The position numbers and the translations under genes are program-made. Below, in pieces: positions 63,115 through 64,000 of a stretch of 64,000 nucleotides of DNA. Under the pieces are notes generated by a model. That model saw nothing but the letters and a program-made list of their open reading frames with translations. It did no database searches and was not told where the DNA came from. Source of the DNA: Felis catus (lineage: Eukaryota); NCBI RefSeq assembly GCF_018350175.1, contig NC_058368.1, forward strand, positions 85,624,001 to 85,688,000, in the 5' to 3' direction. Numbering within the stretch: the stretch's first letter is position 1; every line of letters begins with the position of its first letter.

Positions 63115-64000
63115 TAAGAGATTATGAAAAAGTATCTGCCAAGAAATCAGACAACCTACAAGTCATGGATAAATTCTTAGAAACATATAAACTACCTGAA
63201 CTGAAATGGAAAGAAATAGAAAATTTTACCAATCAAAAACCAATAAAGAAATTGAATCAGTAATAAAAAAAAAGCCCAACAAACATGTCTAGAGCCAGAT
63301 AATTGCATAGGCAAATTCTATCAAACACTTAAAGAAGAATTAATACCTATTCTCAAATTATGCCCAAAAAATAGAAAAGGAAGGAAAACTTCCAAATTCA
63401 TTCTATGGGGCCAGTTTTACTTTGATACCACAATTGGATAATCAGTTAGCTGGAAACTGAACTACAGGGCAATATCACTGGTGAACATTGATGCAAAAAT
63501 CATCAGTAAAATAGTAGCAACTTGAGCCAACAATACATTAAAAAATATTCACATCACCAAGTGGAATCCATTCATTGGTTGCAAGGGAGGGTCAATATTC
63601 ATAAACAGTCAACATGATACACCAATTTAATAAAAGAAAGAATAAGAATCATATAATCACTTCAATGGATGCAGAAAACACGTTTGACAAAGTAGAAAAT
63701 CCATTCATGATTTAAAAAAAAACTCAGAAAAAATATGTTTAGAGGGAACACATGTCAGCATGATAAAGGCTTTCTATGCAAAAATCCGCAGTTAATATAC
63801 TAAATGGGGAAAAACTAAGAGCTTTTCCTCTATGGTCAGTAATAGGACAGTGATGTCCATTTTCACTACTGTTATTTAACATAGTACTGGAAGTTCTAGC
63901 TTTAGTGATCAGACAAAATAAAGAAATAGAAGACATCCAAATCAGCAATGAAGAAGTCAAATTTTCACTATTTGTAGATGACATGATACTCTATATAGAA

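Larger units (their letters stand above)
60620..64000 (+). mobile_element. Degenerate L1 ORF1 and ORF2, running off the window end
   Basis: QEAKEQISGLEDK (ORF1), ITLNVNRLNAPVKRHWVSEWIK (ORF2 endonuclease), and LFVDDMILY at the window end. Confidence 0.88.

Noticed and set aside
51300..64000. Search for transmembrane or Ig exons of the butyrophilin-like gene
   Set aside because: The hydrophobic ORFs here are T-rich antisense L1 or microsatellite translations. No IgV/IgC cysteine-tryptophan pattern was recognised.

Overview
AT-rich mammalian DNA, most likely from a felid (Can-SINEs of the SINEC_Fc type and a cat-type L1). It consists mostly of nested transposable elements: about 17 Can-SINEs, many L1 fragments, one full-length but inactivated L1 with a 15-bp target-site duplication (TSD, 21415-27338), two related ERV1-like solo LTRs, an MLT2/ERV-L relic, an MLT1-type LTR and a MER5A-like element. 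The only host-gene signal is on the minus strand and is mostly invisible to the ORF track. It is the 3' half of a butyrophilin/BTNL/ERMAP-like gene: five canonical GT-AG phase-1 micro-exons (21, 21, 21, 27, 27 nt) spread over about 35 kb, splicing in frame onto a B30.2 (PRY-SPRY) terminal exon. That exon has one apparent 1-bp deletion, and several further micro-exon-like relics have damaged splice sites. No Ig or transmembrane exons were recognised in the window. I see no support for a wholly new biological system; the decaying micro-exon butyrophilin-like locus is the best candidate for something undescribed. Repeat family names come from visual recognition, and boundaries without a TSD are approximate.
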